A DNA stretch of 63,778 bases, counting the filler, from Octopus bimaculoides (taxonomy: Eukaryota), in assembly GCF_001194135.2 (NCBI RefSeq). It is 5 parts of 4 records of this genome, joined end to end, with 100 filler letters (N's around TTAATTAATTAA, not from the genome) between each part and the next. Parts side by side here need not be neighbours in the genome. Positions count along the whole stretch, not along the records: positions 39,283 to 55,891 come from NC_068993.1; positions 55,992 to 62,118 come from NC_068993.1; 3 more parts are not named here. The stretch is one strand, 5' to 3'. The position numbers and the translations under genes were made by a program. This document shows positions 49,504 to 61,831 of this stretch, piece after piece. Numbering within the stretch: the first letter of the stretch is position 1; each line of letters opens with the position of its first letter. The notes below the pieces were generated by a model. That model was not told where the DNA came from and searched no databases. It saw nothing but the letters and a program-made list of their open reading frames with translations.

Positions 49504-50170
49504 AACTTCAAACTTTAACACAAAGCCAGAAATTTTGAGAGTAGGGTTAAGTTGATGACATTGATTCCAGCGCTCGATTGGTACTTATTTTATCGATTCT
49601 GAATGATGAAGGCCAAAGTCGACCTCTGCAGAATTTGAACTCAGAGCGTAAGAACGGACGAAATGCTGTTAAGCATTTCGCCCGACGTACTAACGAGTCT
49701 GCCTGCTCGCCACCTTAACATGTGAAGATATTGGTTTCAAATTTTGGCACAAAGCCAAACAATTTTGAGGGGAAAGGAGTAAGTCGATTACATCGACCGC
49801 AACTAGTACTTATTTTATTGATCCCCAAAAGGATAAAAGGCTAAATCGACCTCTGCGGGATACTGCTAAGCATTTGAACTTAGAACGTAAGAACGGACTA
49901 AATATTGCTAAGCATTTCGCCCGGCGTGCTAACGATTCTGCCTGTTCACCGTTTTGATTATGTAAAATATTGCTTTCAAACTTTGTCACAAGACAGAAGT
50001 CAAATCGATGACATCGACTCCAGCGCTCAACTGGTACTTATTTTATCGACTCCAAAAAGATGGAAGGTAAAGTCGACCTCGGTGGAATTTGAACTCAATA
50101 GGTAAAGATAGACGAAATGCCACTAAGCATTTTGCCCGGCGTGGCAACGATTCTTCCAGCTCAGCACCGT
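49504..50170 (-). mobile_element. Tandem trimer of SINEs
   Basis: Three diverged copies, each with TTTCAAA.TTTGGCAC..GGTACTTATTTTATCG..GAATTTGAACTC. Confidence 0.85.
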
Positions 50171-50671
50171 GATTAAGTAAAATATTAAGTGATCCAAAGG
50201 TAGCCTCATGTAAATAATGGCCGTATATATATATATATATATAAACTAGCTTTCCCTTTCGTATTTTTTCAGTGTTGCTAACTAATATGAACACAATGTA
50301 ATTAAAGGAAACCATATAGATAAGGATTAGTGATGTTTATTCCAGTATTTCTTTACGTTGTATTCAGATAATAAAAGGAAACGAATTGGTGAAATGTCGA
50401 TGAAAAGATTGCGAAGCCTGTAGATAGACTCCAATGCAGGCGGCAGCGGCAGTTTCTTTAATTTTCGACAAATAATACATGTAAGAGGATTTGTTTCAAG
50501 CTAAAACCAAACGAGTGAGCGCAACCACATGGATAAGAAATTCGCTTCGAATTCACATGGCATTTGGTTCGATCCTACTGCGTAAGGTTCTTTGAGGAAA
50601 TACCTTTTTGCTGTAACCTTTGGTTAACTTGTCTGGTGAGTGGAATTTGGTGAACAGATATTCTTCCATTT

Positions 50672-50834
50672 GTTTCAGTGATTTTGACTGCTGCAGTCAT
50701 GCTGAAGCACCGCCTTTAGTTTAACAAATCGACCCCTGGACTTTTTCTATCGGTCTCATTTGCCGAGCCTCTAGCTTACAGGGACGTAAACACACCAACA
50801 TCGGTTGTCAAGTGATGGTGGGGAAACTAAAAAA

Positions 50835-50873
<39 letters not shown>

Positions 50874-51045
50874 ACACACATATGTATGACGAGCTTCTTT
50901 CAGTTTCCGTCTATCAAATCTACTCACAAGGCCTTGGTCGGCTCGTGGCTATAGTAGAAGATACCCGCCCAAGATGCCACACCGTAGGACTGAACACGGA
51001 ACCATGTTGCTGGGAAGCAAGCTTCTTACCACACAGCCAACTCCT
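50672..51045 (-). mobile_element. Full CORE-type SINE with (CA)n
   Basis: Tail, microsatellite and head in reverse orientation. Confidence 0.8.
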
Positions 51046-51240
51046 TCGCCTATGAGATTTAACCCCAAGAGGACATCTTCTCTAGTTGGTTAACTATGCA
51101 TACCTGCATCCGATAGATTGCGAGCAGGGGAGCAAACCCCCACCACCTTCTAACAACTGGACTGCATACCAGTCTGGTTTCGGGCTATTTCTGCATCTCT
51201 TCAATACTGGACACCTCACCTGCTATATATATCCGCTCAG

Positions 51241-51296
51241 GAAACGAAGAGCAGAACTACCGAGATAATTTGAACGAGTTATCTTTCCGCCAGAAT
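51241..51296 (+). CDS. Candidate exon, phase 1->0, NEEQNYRDNLNELSFRQN
   Basis: CCGCTCAG| and AAT|GTAAAT. Confidence 0.25.
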
Positions 51297-51638
51297 GTAA
51301 ATGACGTCCTATTACTGGGTGTTTGTATTAAACCACGCGATAGATGAAGACGACCATTCAATAACTCAGAAAAGAATACTTTCTATTATAAACTGGATCT
51401 TTTTNNNNNNNNNNNNNNNNNNNNNNNNNNNNNNNNNNNNNNNNNNNNNNNNNNNNNNNNNNNNNNNNNNNNNNNNNNNNNNNNNNNNNNNNNNNNNNNN
51501 NNNNNNNNNNNNNNNNNNNNNNNNNNNNNNNNNNNNNNNNNNNNNNNNNNNNNNNNNNNNNNNNNNNNNNNNNNNNNNNNNNNNNNNNNNNNNNNNNNNN
51601 NNNNNNNNNNNNNNNNNNNNNNNNNNNNNNNNNNNNNN

Positions 51639-51687
<49 letters not shown>

Positions 51688-52840
51688 TGATGGTTACATC
51701 GTGACATATGTTATGCTTTGGACGACTTTAGAATTCGCGGAGCTCATCCCACTCCAGATCCGAGCAGAGCCGACATCTTCCACAAAGAGATAGAGAGAGA
51801 AGCAGAAAGAATGAGTGACTGACTGAGAGAGTGAGACTGAGAAAGAGAGGGTGTGAGAGAGAGAGAGAGAGATGGAGAGACAGGGAGAGATAGAGAGATA
51901 GAGAGATAGAGAGAAAGAGAGAGAAAGAATAATTGACCTAAGTACAGAGATAGTATTTTGTTTATCAACCCTGAAATGTTGAAAGACAACGTTGATGTCG
52001 GTGGGATTTGAACTCACAGCGTAGAGAACCAGGACGATTACCGCTATGTAATCTATCTGATTCTCTGTCGATTCTGCCAATTTCCACTTACACCCCCTCC
52101 ACACACACACTCACACACACACATACATACACACTTACTCAAACATACAGACACACACACACGCACATATAAACACACACATTACATAAGATAAGTGTAA
52201 GACTGAATATGATATTAAACTACCTGAAAAGCTGAAGAGACGTACATAGAAAATTTGCTGATTTGATGAAAAATTGTGTACCTGTCTGCTAAATTAGAAT
52301 TCGTTAACCGAGGTATGGAGATATATTTTTCACAGAGTGCTGACTGAAGTTCATTGATTTCTCTTGTGGTATGCAATACATAATGTGGACGATGATTACG
52401 TAAGAAAACCAAACAGATCTCTCTCTCCCCCTTGATAATGATTACATTTATATCGATCTAAACCTGGAGGTGATGATTAATTAGTATTGATCTGCACAGA
52501 AGTGTGCCAGAGTTCAATGACAAGAACATTAACAAGAGATCTATCAATCATCATAGTAGCCAGCAGTCAGCAGATATATTCCCAGGATCATGCTAATATT
52601 ACAGGATGGCTACAGTTATACAATACTTAAAAAGCACCACCTTCTTTCTTATAACCGTATATTTCTTTGAATAACTTCAATGTTCAGGGATAATAACTGC
52701 AGATATTAATCGGCAGATTACTTTAATCGACTGATGGACCGTTTCAAAGATAGAAACTTCATTCAAATTAGAGTAAAATGATCATCTACTTGAAAGATAT
52801 CTTTCCAGCGCATCTGAGACGGCAATCGTTTCTTTAGCAG

Positions 52841-52912
52841 CTTTTACCCTATATATGATCGAAAGGAATATGATTTATACTGCTATGATGAAAACAGGGA
52901 GATTATTCAATG
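52841..52912 (+). CDS. Candidate exon, phase 2->2, FYPIYDRKEYDLYCYDENREIIQ
   Basis: TTTCTTTAGCAG| (NAGNAG) and TG|GTATAA. The frame stays open to about 52995. Phase-compatible with the 49089 exon. Confidence 0.33.
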
Positions 52913-55084
52913 GTATAATACAGTTTACCTTTTGAGAGGAGGGGCTTATTCAATTCACTCCAATGAATGTAAAAATGGAAATAAGAGAGCGCTGTGAAGA
53001 AATTTCGCAGAGAAAACACCTAGATATATGAAGTATATTGAACAGAATATCATTATAAACATTATTAACATTATTAACACATTAATTGAGGGGTGTATTT
53101 ATTTGGAATGGATAAGGGTGTTGTATTCAGGCTTGTTAGGTCCTGGTTTCGATGCTCAAACTGAGTGCTTACGCTGTATCTTTGACTTTATTTTTCGCTA
53201 TTTCAATCTACACTGCCGAAAACGAGTACCAGCGATAATCGGGTATTTAACTCTGCGAGGGAATGGCGTCCCAAACTGGAGGATGTCTTGTATTCTCAAT
53301 TGCTTAAAAACGTCTCGGAAACTCGGATACGATCCGGCCTCAAGTTCAATGCAAGTGTATATATATATATATATATATATATCATAATATTAGGGATAAA
53401 ATCCAAAATTACAGGTAAAAACTACAGGTAAATTATGATATTCACTTTGTATTATATTATACTCATTTATTGTGCTTTTGATTATTAATTTTTCTATATG
53501 TGACAGTGGATTTTCATNNNNNNNNNNNNNNNNNNNNNNNNNNNNNNNNNNNNNNNNNNNNNNNNNNNNNNNNNNNNNNNNNNNNNNNNNNNNNNNNNNN
53601 NNNNNNNNNNNNNNNNNNNNNNNNNNNNNNNNNNNNNNNNNNNNNNNNNNNNNNNNNNNNNNNNNNNNNNNNNNNNNNNNNNNNNNNNNNNNNNNNNNNN
53701 NNNNNNNNNNNNTATGTATGTATGTATGTATATATATGGCGGTAGTGGTGGTGGTGGTGGTTATGTGATAAAGGCACTCGGTATGCGTATACTGATGTAA
53801 AACACTAACACTTTATAATTTCTTTTTACGCCAGTTTGAATCAATAAGGTGTTGACATAATGCCGAAAGGTTGCTAGTGAGTTGATTTGATGAGACAGGT
53901 CCCCCAAAAATTAGGTTAATAATAATATTATCTAAAATGAATGTAGTTCCCACATTGCTTCTTAAAGATAACCATTGAAAACCTTTGGAGTAGTTCATGC
54001 AAGAAACGCCAGTCCAACGTTCGGTTCATCACACTATGTTAATAATTGAACTCACCTCAACAAATAATACAGCCATGAATTATGCAGTGTAATCGCTATT
54101 TAGAGAAGTGAGCACCATTTATGGTAACTATCTACAAGTAGACTCAAGTATTTCACTATTTATAACAGGAACCTATAAAAATTTATCAGCAGCACTAGAT
54201 CTCTCCCTCTATACATTACCTGTCTTCTATCTTCCACTCTCTCCATCTCTCTGTCACTATATATATACTGAATGAAGTTTAGCAGCAAGAACAACAACAC
54301 CAACACCAACACCAACAATAATATGACGGAAAACGAGAGCTTTTATGTGACCACTCAGCGAGATGAAAATAGATACCAAATCTTTATCAAAAAATTTTCT
54401 ACTGTCTTAAACAAACAAGGGAGAAATTGTATTATGTAGTCCACAATGTTACTAAAATTTGGGTTGGGCATGATTGGGTTGTTCATGATTTTTCAGCCTT
54501 TGATTAGAGCTGACATAGGACAGGGTCATAACACCATGATACGAAATTTGTAGGTTCTGTATCACAAGAGAAAATGAAGACAAGCCATTAGGAATTATGA
54601 GGTACAGCACCAAATGAATGCTTGAGGAAAACTTTCCAGGGATGTAGGCCGCATGTGAACTTAATTATCGAGCAAATTACTTGCTATCTAACTTGCCAAA
54701 ATAAATTTAATTAATGCAAAACCAATAAATTTCACGGTTTTGTATTTGGTTTGTAAGATCCTTGAAGGGAATTCATGTTGTTGAAATATTTTAATACACC
54801 TTAGGTGGATCACTGTGGCAATATCAGACACACGCACTGGTTGGTTTACACTTGATTTATTATTTGCCAATTATTTAATTATTTAATCAACTAACAACTC
54901 GATTGCTTGATAAATCGTTTGGTTAATCAAGTCGAAGTTAATTAACTGAGTAGTGAATATTCTTTTCCATGGTCGCGTTGATTCTTTAATATATTACAAA
55001 TTAAATGATTACGGTCATGGAAATTGGGTACTGATCGAAAGAGTGCGGTTGCGAAAAAAAAAAAAAGCTGCTGTAATAATAATT

Positions 55085-55380
55085 CTCCAAATGATCTCTG
55101 GTGTAACGTTGCACGACCTGGTACGTAGCTCAGAGGTCAAGAAATCTCTTCAGATTGAGCCGCATACAGTGGTCACGGTTACGGTACTACAGATGTGAGA
55201 TTAGAATGTCACGTAAAAGAATAGGAAAATGGATTCTTCAAGCCGACCCAATCGGCAGGAGACTTAGGAGTAAAGTAAGAATGAGACGGTTCGATAATAT
55301 ACATAGGTCTCAGTTGGCCACGCTTGGGAATCCAGCCGGTAAGTTTAACGAGGGCAGCTTATGATATAACCGTACGGAGA
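55085..55380 (+). mobile_element. RTE LINE RT C-terminal fragment
   Basis: GVTLHDLVRSSEVKKSLQIEP, RMSRKRIGKWILQADPIGRR..RRFDNIH. Confidence 0.7.
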
Positions 55381-56616
55381 AGGTTCCTGGGGGTTGTACC
55401 CCAACGACTAGCCCAGGTGTACTGAGCGGAAAAGATGCATGGCTAGAAAAAAAATCCGAGTCATCTTCCATCTTCATTTTAACTCACAGAAATTTCAATA
55501 AAGATCTGTTCATATTGCCATAATATATACTTTTCAATAATTAAATTTCTCGACATTATACGTCAAGTGCGTCAGGCAACACATTTACTATTAAGTATTA
55601 ATTAGTCTACTTGTAACACCAACACGAGAATACTGACTATCTAACAAAAACTACTTACAGGAAATAAAATATAAAATGAACTGCAAGAGACAACACACAA
55701 TCAATGAATTTATCTTCTATTATTTTATCTCAAAGTGAGAACAAAAAAAACAAAACAGAATGGAATCGCGACCCCAAGAGAGATGATAAGTACCTAAACT
55801 ATAAACCGTATCAATAGAATAATAACAATGCTAAAGAAAATATATTTACAGTATCTGAAAATGGTAACAGCAGATCACAAGCTCATATATANNNNNNNNN
55901 NNNNNNNNNNNNNNNNNNNNNNNNNNNNNNNNNNNTTAATTAATTAANNNNNNNNNNNNNNNNNNNNNNNNNNNNNNNNNNNNNNNNNNNNTTTTTTTAT
56001 TTATACAAGCTCTTATATAAATTTGAAATTACTGTAAATCTTAAACTTTGTATCTGTAGAACAGTTTCTGTACACGTAAACCCCAAATATTTTCATTCTA
56101 CGAAAAGAAAAACAACGAAAATGACAAAAGAAAAAAAGAGAAAAGAAACACATTTACATTTAACTAATGTATCACTGGTTAAGATGAAGTCGACTCGCTC
56201 ATAATACATCCATGATTATCCTAACCAGGCCAAAATCCCACACTGGATCGGTCGTAGCCTCGGTTAATATCAAATAATAGATAAACCTCAATTTTGCCGG
56301 CATACATGGTAACAGATGACCAAGAGAAGTGGCGATGTGTCATCGTCACGTTATCAATAAATACCCCAACCACCAAATGTGAGAGAGGAAGGAAGGAAGA
56401 TGAAATACAAATAAAACATTGCTGTGTTAAAGATTAAAAAGCCTGCGTCAGGTTACTTTATATAATTTATTCTTGTTTTCTATAAAACTTGATTCAATAT
56501 ATTTTCATCGTTATAACAAAAAAGATACGGCCGGCTAAGGCGCTTTTTGTTTATAAGTGAGGTTGTCGCAAGTCAGCCTAAGGCTTTTGAATTAGAGTTA
56601 CCCAAAGATAGTAGCG

Positions 56617-56800
56617 TAGAGGCACATGGTCGAGCAGTTAGAGCAGCGGACTCGCGGTCGAGGGATCGTGGTTTCGAATCTCAGACCCGGTGATGTGTCT
56701 GTGTTTATGAGCAAAGCATCTAAGCTCAACGCGGCTTTGGTAGAAGGTGATGGCAGAACTTCTGCTGATTCTTTCTCTCACCCTGTCCTCCTGCATCTAG
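56617..56800 (+). mobile_element. tRNA-derived SINE head
   Basis: TGGTCGAGCAG A-box and GGTTTCGAATC B-box, same family as 59822. Confidence 0.65.
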
Positions 56801-57227
56801 CAGCTATAATACACACACACATATATATGTATATATATAAACGAAAGCAATTTGATGAAGATAAGTAAGTAAAAGTTTTTCCAGTTATTTTTGCCATATA
56901 TGTTTGCAAAATTAATGGTACAGCAAGAACAGAATTTTGCATAATTTTTTAATTTGAAATACTGCTATTTTTATGGTAAGACGAAAAATGTCTGCACGCT
57001 AAGTTTACAAAAACTCAATAAGTTAGAGCGGATGTTTAGACTAAAAGGTGTGATTTATCATAATGCGTGCGTTTTTGTTTATTTATGTGTCTATTAAAAC
57101 TAATATTAGTTTGTTTTTTTCATTTAATGAATTGCTTTTTAAGCCCATTATCTTTTAATGCCATAATAATAATGTATGTTTAAAAGAAACTTCATTTTAG
57201 GACATGCGAGATATACGTTCACAAATA

Positions 57228-57420
57228 TTGATTTCAAATTTTTGGCACAAAACCAGCAAATTCAGAGGAGGAGGCAAGATAATTACATCAACCTTGGTCC
57301 TGAAAGGATAAAAGGCAAAGTGGACCATGGCAGGATTTGAACTCAGAATGTGAAGACGGACGAAATACCGCTTGACATTTTGCCTGGTGTGCCATAGATT
57401 TTGCGTGTTTGCCGCCCATA
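57228..57420 (-). mobile_element. SINE (TTA-tail family)
   Basis: TTTCAAATTTTGGCAC..AAAGGATAAAAGGCAAAGT..GGATTTGAACTCAG. Confidence 0.7.
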
Positions 57421-57621
57421 TATGTTCGGTCATATTACTGAACATATTGTTTAACGTTGTAGAAAGTTTTTAGAGATTTCTTATTTGTTTACTGCCCACA
57501 AGGGGCTAAATATAGAGGGGACAAACAAGGACAGACAAACGGATTAAGTCGATTATATCGACCCCAGTACGTAACTTTAGAGATTTCTATTAAGTTACTG
57601 AACCTTTTACAAAATACGCCT

Positions 57622-57850
57622 TATGTGAGGGGCAGCTGAAAATTTCCTGGCTTTAAGGGTACCGCGAAAGGCCTGGTTGGAGGACCAAACTTCTGAGTTC
57701 CTTTATAGAGCTTAGGAAAATTCAAGGGCTACTGCAATAGGCCTGTGAATTTACGATGGGAATATGTTGAGTAAAATTATAATCAACTGATTCACCTGTA
57801 TTTTCTGTTGCGCAAAGCCAGGGACTTCTCAGCCCCAACCCCACTTCGTA
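57622..57850. mobile_element. Mariner-type MITE
   Basis: Imperfect TIRs GCTGAAAATTTCCTGGCTTT / AAAGCCAGGGACTTCTCAGC, with TA at the ends. Confidence 0.5.
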
Positions 57851-58115
57851 AATGTAGTATTTATTAGTATTTACTAGTATTTACTAGTATTTAAATTTAA
57901 TGTCCATATAATATACAGAAAATGAACAGCACTAATCATTATGTAGATCGTAATTTTTAGATTTATCTCTTTAAATATACCAACGTGCTTATTTCTGTAC
58001 ACACACATGNNNNNNNNNNNNNNNNNNNNNNNNNNNNNNNNNNNNNNNNNNNNNNNNNNNNNNNNNNNNNNNNNNNNNNNNNNNNNNNNNNNNNNNNNNN
58101 NNNNNNNNNNNNNNN

Positions 58116-58166
<51 letters not shown>

Positions 58167-58594
58167 ATATCTTGGTTGATTATATTAGGTGAAATAAACA
58201 CTAATCTGGATATAAACAGAGTGAAACCACAATTGAAGTAAATTTAAGATATAAATACCTCCAGGGACATATAATGTCGTACCATAAAAATGTCAAACTA
58301 CGCTTGGCCATTATGTTTAACCTAAACGTATTATTAAAACATTGGAATGATTATTTGTATACGTACTAGTCACAGTTTTCGATTCCGGTTGATGTACACT
58401 TAATGGCGAAAATTATAGCTATTTAGAAAAGTAATTTGTTATAAGATTGCAAGCGTTCACCTATATCGACCTGCATAAATTTGAAAGGGTTTTTATATTG
58501 CTAAATCACTCCGCAATATATGCACTATTATTATGTAACAGCTGGGAATTAGCTTGTTTAAATTTTAAAATGGTAGAATCTAAGATATTGTTAC

Positions 58595-58776
58595 TTAGTT
58601 AGTTTCGCTATGTCTGTATTGCTTATCGATTTCTCGTTGGACGGTCCCAGTAGTATATCAGATGTTGTTTGAAAAGATTTATCTGCACTACGCTCTTTCG
58701 CTCTTCTCAGGAATGGAAAGTGGAACGATGTGTATGCCTGGCACGATGCTCCTCCGAGTTGCTTTCGTAGTTGATT
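58595..58776 (-). CDS. Candidate exon, phase 0->2, NQLRKQLGGASCQAYTSFHFPFLRRAKERS..DIAKLT
   Basis: CCCTCCTTCAG| acceptor, CTAA|GTAACA donor, 182 nt open. Confidence 0.35.
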
Positions 58777-58778
58777 CT

Positions 58779-59455
58779 GAAGGAGGGAAGGAAAGAGAGA
58801 GGAACGGAGGGGGTGATAGGGTAAGAGGCGGGTGAGAGAGGGACGGAGAGGGTGATAGGGTAAGAGGCGAGAGAGAGAGGGACGGAGGGGAAGATAAGGT
58901 AAGAGGCGGGAGAGAAATGGAAGCGAGGAATGTGGCAAGAGAAAGAGAGAGAGAAGGATGAAAGAAAATCATGAGGGAGGGAGAGAGTAGGGAGAGTGGG
59001 AAAGATAGGAAAAGTGAGAGAGAGGAACAAAAGGAGAGAGTAGGAATGAGAGGGACAGACAAAGAAAGGGAGAGAGAGTGAGGGAGAGAGAAAGAGAGGG
59101 AGAGAGAAAAAGAGGGAGAGAGAAAAAGAGGGAGAGAGAAAGAGAGGGAGAGAACGAGAGAGAGGGAGAGAGCAGGAGCAAAGAAAAGAGAGTAAGGATG
59201 GTGGATAAGGGAGAGAGGGGAGAGAGAAGTAAAATGATGGAAGGAGGGGAGATGATGGAAACAGAGAGAGAGAGAGAGAGAGAAGCAAAGAATGAGAGAG
59301 ATGGAGAACGAAGAAAAGCGAGGACAAGTGTGAATAAGAGGGACATAGTAGGAGAGAAAGGGAGAGAGAGACAGAAAGAGAGAGAGAAAGAGAAAGAGAA
59401 AGACAGAAAGAGAGAGGGAGAGAGAGAGGGTAAGAAAATAATAGAGGGACAAAAG
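58779..59455. repeat. About 670-bp polypurine (GA) tract including three 39-bp units at 58795-58911
   Basis: Read directly. Confidence 0.9.
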
Positions 59456-59706
59456 GAGACCAATTATCTCCAATATACAGTATTTTATACGAAGAACAGA
59501 GGACAAAAATTCAAAGTTGATTTTGGTGGGATTCAGCACGCAGGGAACCAGAACGAATACCAATTATAAGATTGGTAATAATTTCTTTAACTTTAGGTTT
59601 GATAACGATAGTTTGTTATTAATTTTCTTCAAAGTTTTAATGATCTTCATTGATCTTGGCTTTGATGTTTTTCATATAGGTTTTACTTTGGCGATGAAAT
59701 AATAAG

Positions 59707-59765
<59 letters not shown>

Positions 59766-59821
59766 GTATCTATCTATCTATGTATCTATCTATCTATGTA
59801 TATATCCAGCTATCTATCTAT

Positions 59822-60213
59822 CTAGCTAGCTGTGTGGAAGCGCAATGGCCCAGTGGTGAGGGCGGGAGACTCGCGAACATAGGATCGCGGTTTCGATTCC
59901 AAAACCGGGCGTGGTGCGTGCTTATAGAGCGAAAACACCCAAAGCTTCGTAAAGCTCCGGCAGGGGATGGTGGCGAACCCTGCTGTACTCTTTCCCCACA
60001 AGTTACTCTCACTCTTTCTTCCTGTTTCTGTTGTACCTGTATTTCAAAGGGCCAGCCTTGTCACACTCTATGTTACGCTGAATCTCCCCGACGACTACGT
60101 TAAGGATAGGCGTGTCTGTGGAGTACTCAGCTACTTGCACGTTAATTTTACGAGCAGGCTGTTCCGTTGATTGGATCAACTGGAACCCTCGTCGTGGTAA
60201 CCGACGGAATGCC
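59822..60213 (+). mobile_element. Full-length tRNA-derived SINE
   Basis: A-box TGGCCCAGTGG, B-box GGTTTCGATTCC, 3' end GGATCAACTGGAACCCTCGTCGTGGTAACCGACGG. Confidence 0.8.
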
Positions 60214-60285
60214 GTAAAATCTATCTGTATATCTGTTTACCTATCTATTGATGTGTCTATCTGTGTGTCTGTCTATCTATCTCAA

Positions 60286-60410
<125 letters not shown>

Positions 60411-60579
60411 TTATACACAGACGCAGAGACACAGGCTTATATATAAATGATTAATATATGTATTGTACTCAGATATGTAAATATAGAAATGCACGGAGTA
60501 AAGATTTTTGTCAACATAACATGACACTCCTGGTTTAGGACGAATGTTGCTGTAATTTAGCACCAGGAGACATCGACTC

Positions 60580-60744
60580 CAGCTAGCTATACGACACGAT
60601 TGTATCCTTACATTTTAGAATCTAGCACCCCCACTCAGCTCAAAACAATATCTGTGTATCGCGATATTGTTTTGAGCTGAGTCGGGGTGCTTGATTCCCT
60701 TCTCCGAAAATATAAGGACACAGATCATGTCGTATAGCTAGCTG
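60580..60744. repeat. Long hairpin, about 75-bp arms and 10-nt loop (MITE-like or small-RNA precursor-like)
   Basis: The inner 35 bp match at 33/35 positions. Confidence 0.9.
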
Positions 60745-60953
60745 CAGAAGATGCACATTCTCTTTTTCTTCCCCCTCTCTTTCTCTCTCTGTCTCACTCT
60801 CCCCGACACGCATTCACTTACACACAGTCATTCATACACAAGCATTCATGTTAGATATTCATGGAAGGAACTTCACTCTGGTTAAGTGAGGAATTGCTTT
60901 TCCCATAACAACCACAAGGCATGGCTAAACGCTACTCTTGGTCTTCTACTCAC

Positions 60954-61053
60954 AATTAGGTCTCCGTTGAAGATTCAGACTTTTGTACCATTCCGCTGAA
61001 CTTATGTTTATATCGATGTTCTTCCTTTCGCTTAATAGTGTGATCGATGTTGT
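60954..61053 (-). CDS. Candidate exon, phase 0->1, TTSITLLSERKNIDINISSAEWYKSLNLQRRPN
   Basis: CAGTTTTCAG| and ATT|GTGAGT, 100 nt open. Confidence 0.33.
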
Positions 61054-61456
61054 CTGAAAACTGTTGAAATAAGCTAGCCATTAAAATTTTAATGACGTTT
61101 GAGAGTCACGCTGCCCTACTGAAGAGGAAATAATATTCTGTCATAGATTTTAGTATAAGGAATGAAAAATAAGCTTCTTTTTTTGCAGTTTTATGAAAAT
61201 TAATTACATTAGTGAAATTTAAAAAATGGATAATCAGAAAGCAACTGCACCAGCGGAGGAGAATTCAGAGATGAGTGATAGATTTAGTTAATTGATATGG
61301 ATACTTTAAGTAGTTTTTTTTCAATAAACTTAATTTTTCTTATTCTAATTATATTGTTTATTCTCAGAGTGTATGTAGGAACGTGCATATACATGATAGA
61401 GAAATAGACCACATCCTGCAACTGCGAACCCGAAGGTACGCTGCATGTCAGCTACA

Positions 61457-61519
<63 letters not shown>

Positions 61520-61831
61520 CATACATACATACATACATACATACAGGAAATAATTTTCACTGACTGGGTTTGCTGAATGCAAATTTCATGAAACAATATT
61601 TGATAACAATCCATCTTAGCGTTGGGGCGCGCAGTAAAATACCCAGGAGAGACGAACTCCTAGCTGCTGTGAAGGTATCGTTCGAGGACGGATGTATCTG
61701 ATACAAAATCTGCAGCTTCACATGGTTATTGCTTTTCTTGCCTCAGCCTGTCACTATGTGCGGATCGTAGGAACTCAGAGGATTGTACTCGTGTTTCGCA
61801 AGCGATTATCATTATAACTGAATGTGCTTAC

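Noticed and set aside
52865-52890. YDLYCY as a Link-module end
   Set aside because: No other Link-domain cysteines or motifs are present; a six-residue match is insufficient.
58711-58774. Plus-strand NGKWNDV as a C-type lectin WND exon
   Set aside because: The following Cys and FICE pattern is missing, there is a stop after 21 codons, and it is the antisense shadow frame of the longer minus ORF.
58688-59569. 291-, 206-, 164- and 163-aa SL/ER-rich ORFs
   Set aside because: They are translations of the GA/CT low-complexity tract.
59822-59900. tRNA gene (also 9262, 56617, 1472)
   Set aside because: A/B boxes are present, but there is no complete cloverleaf and each continues into a SINE body.
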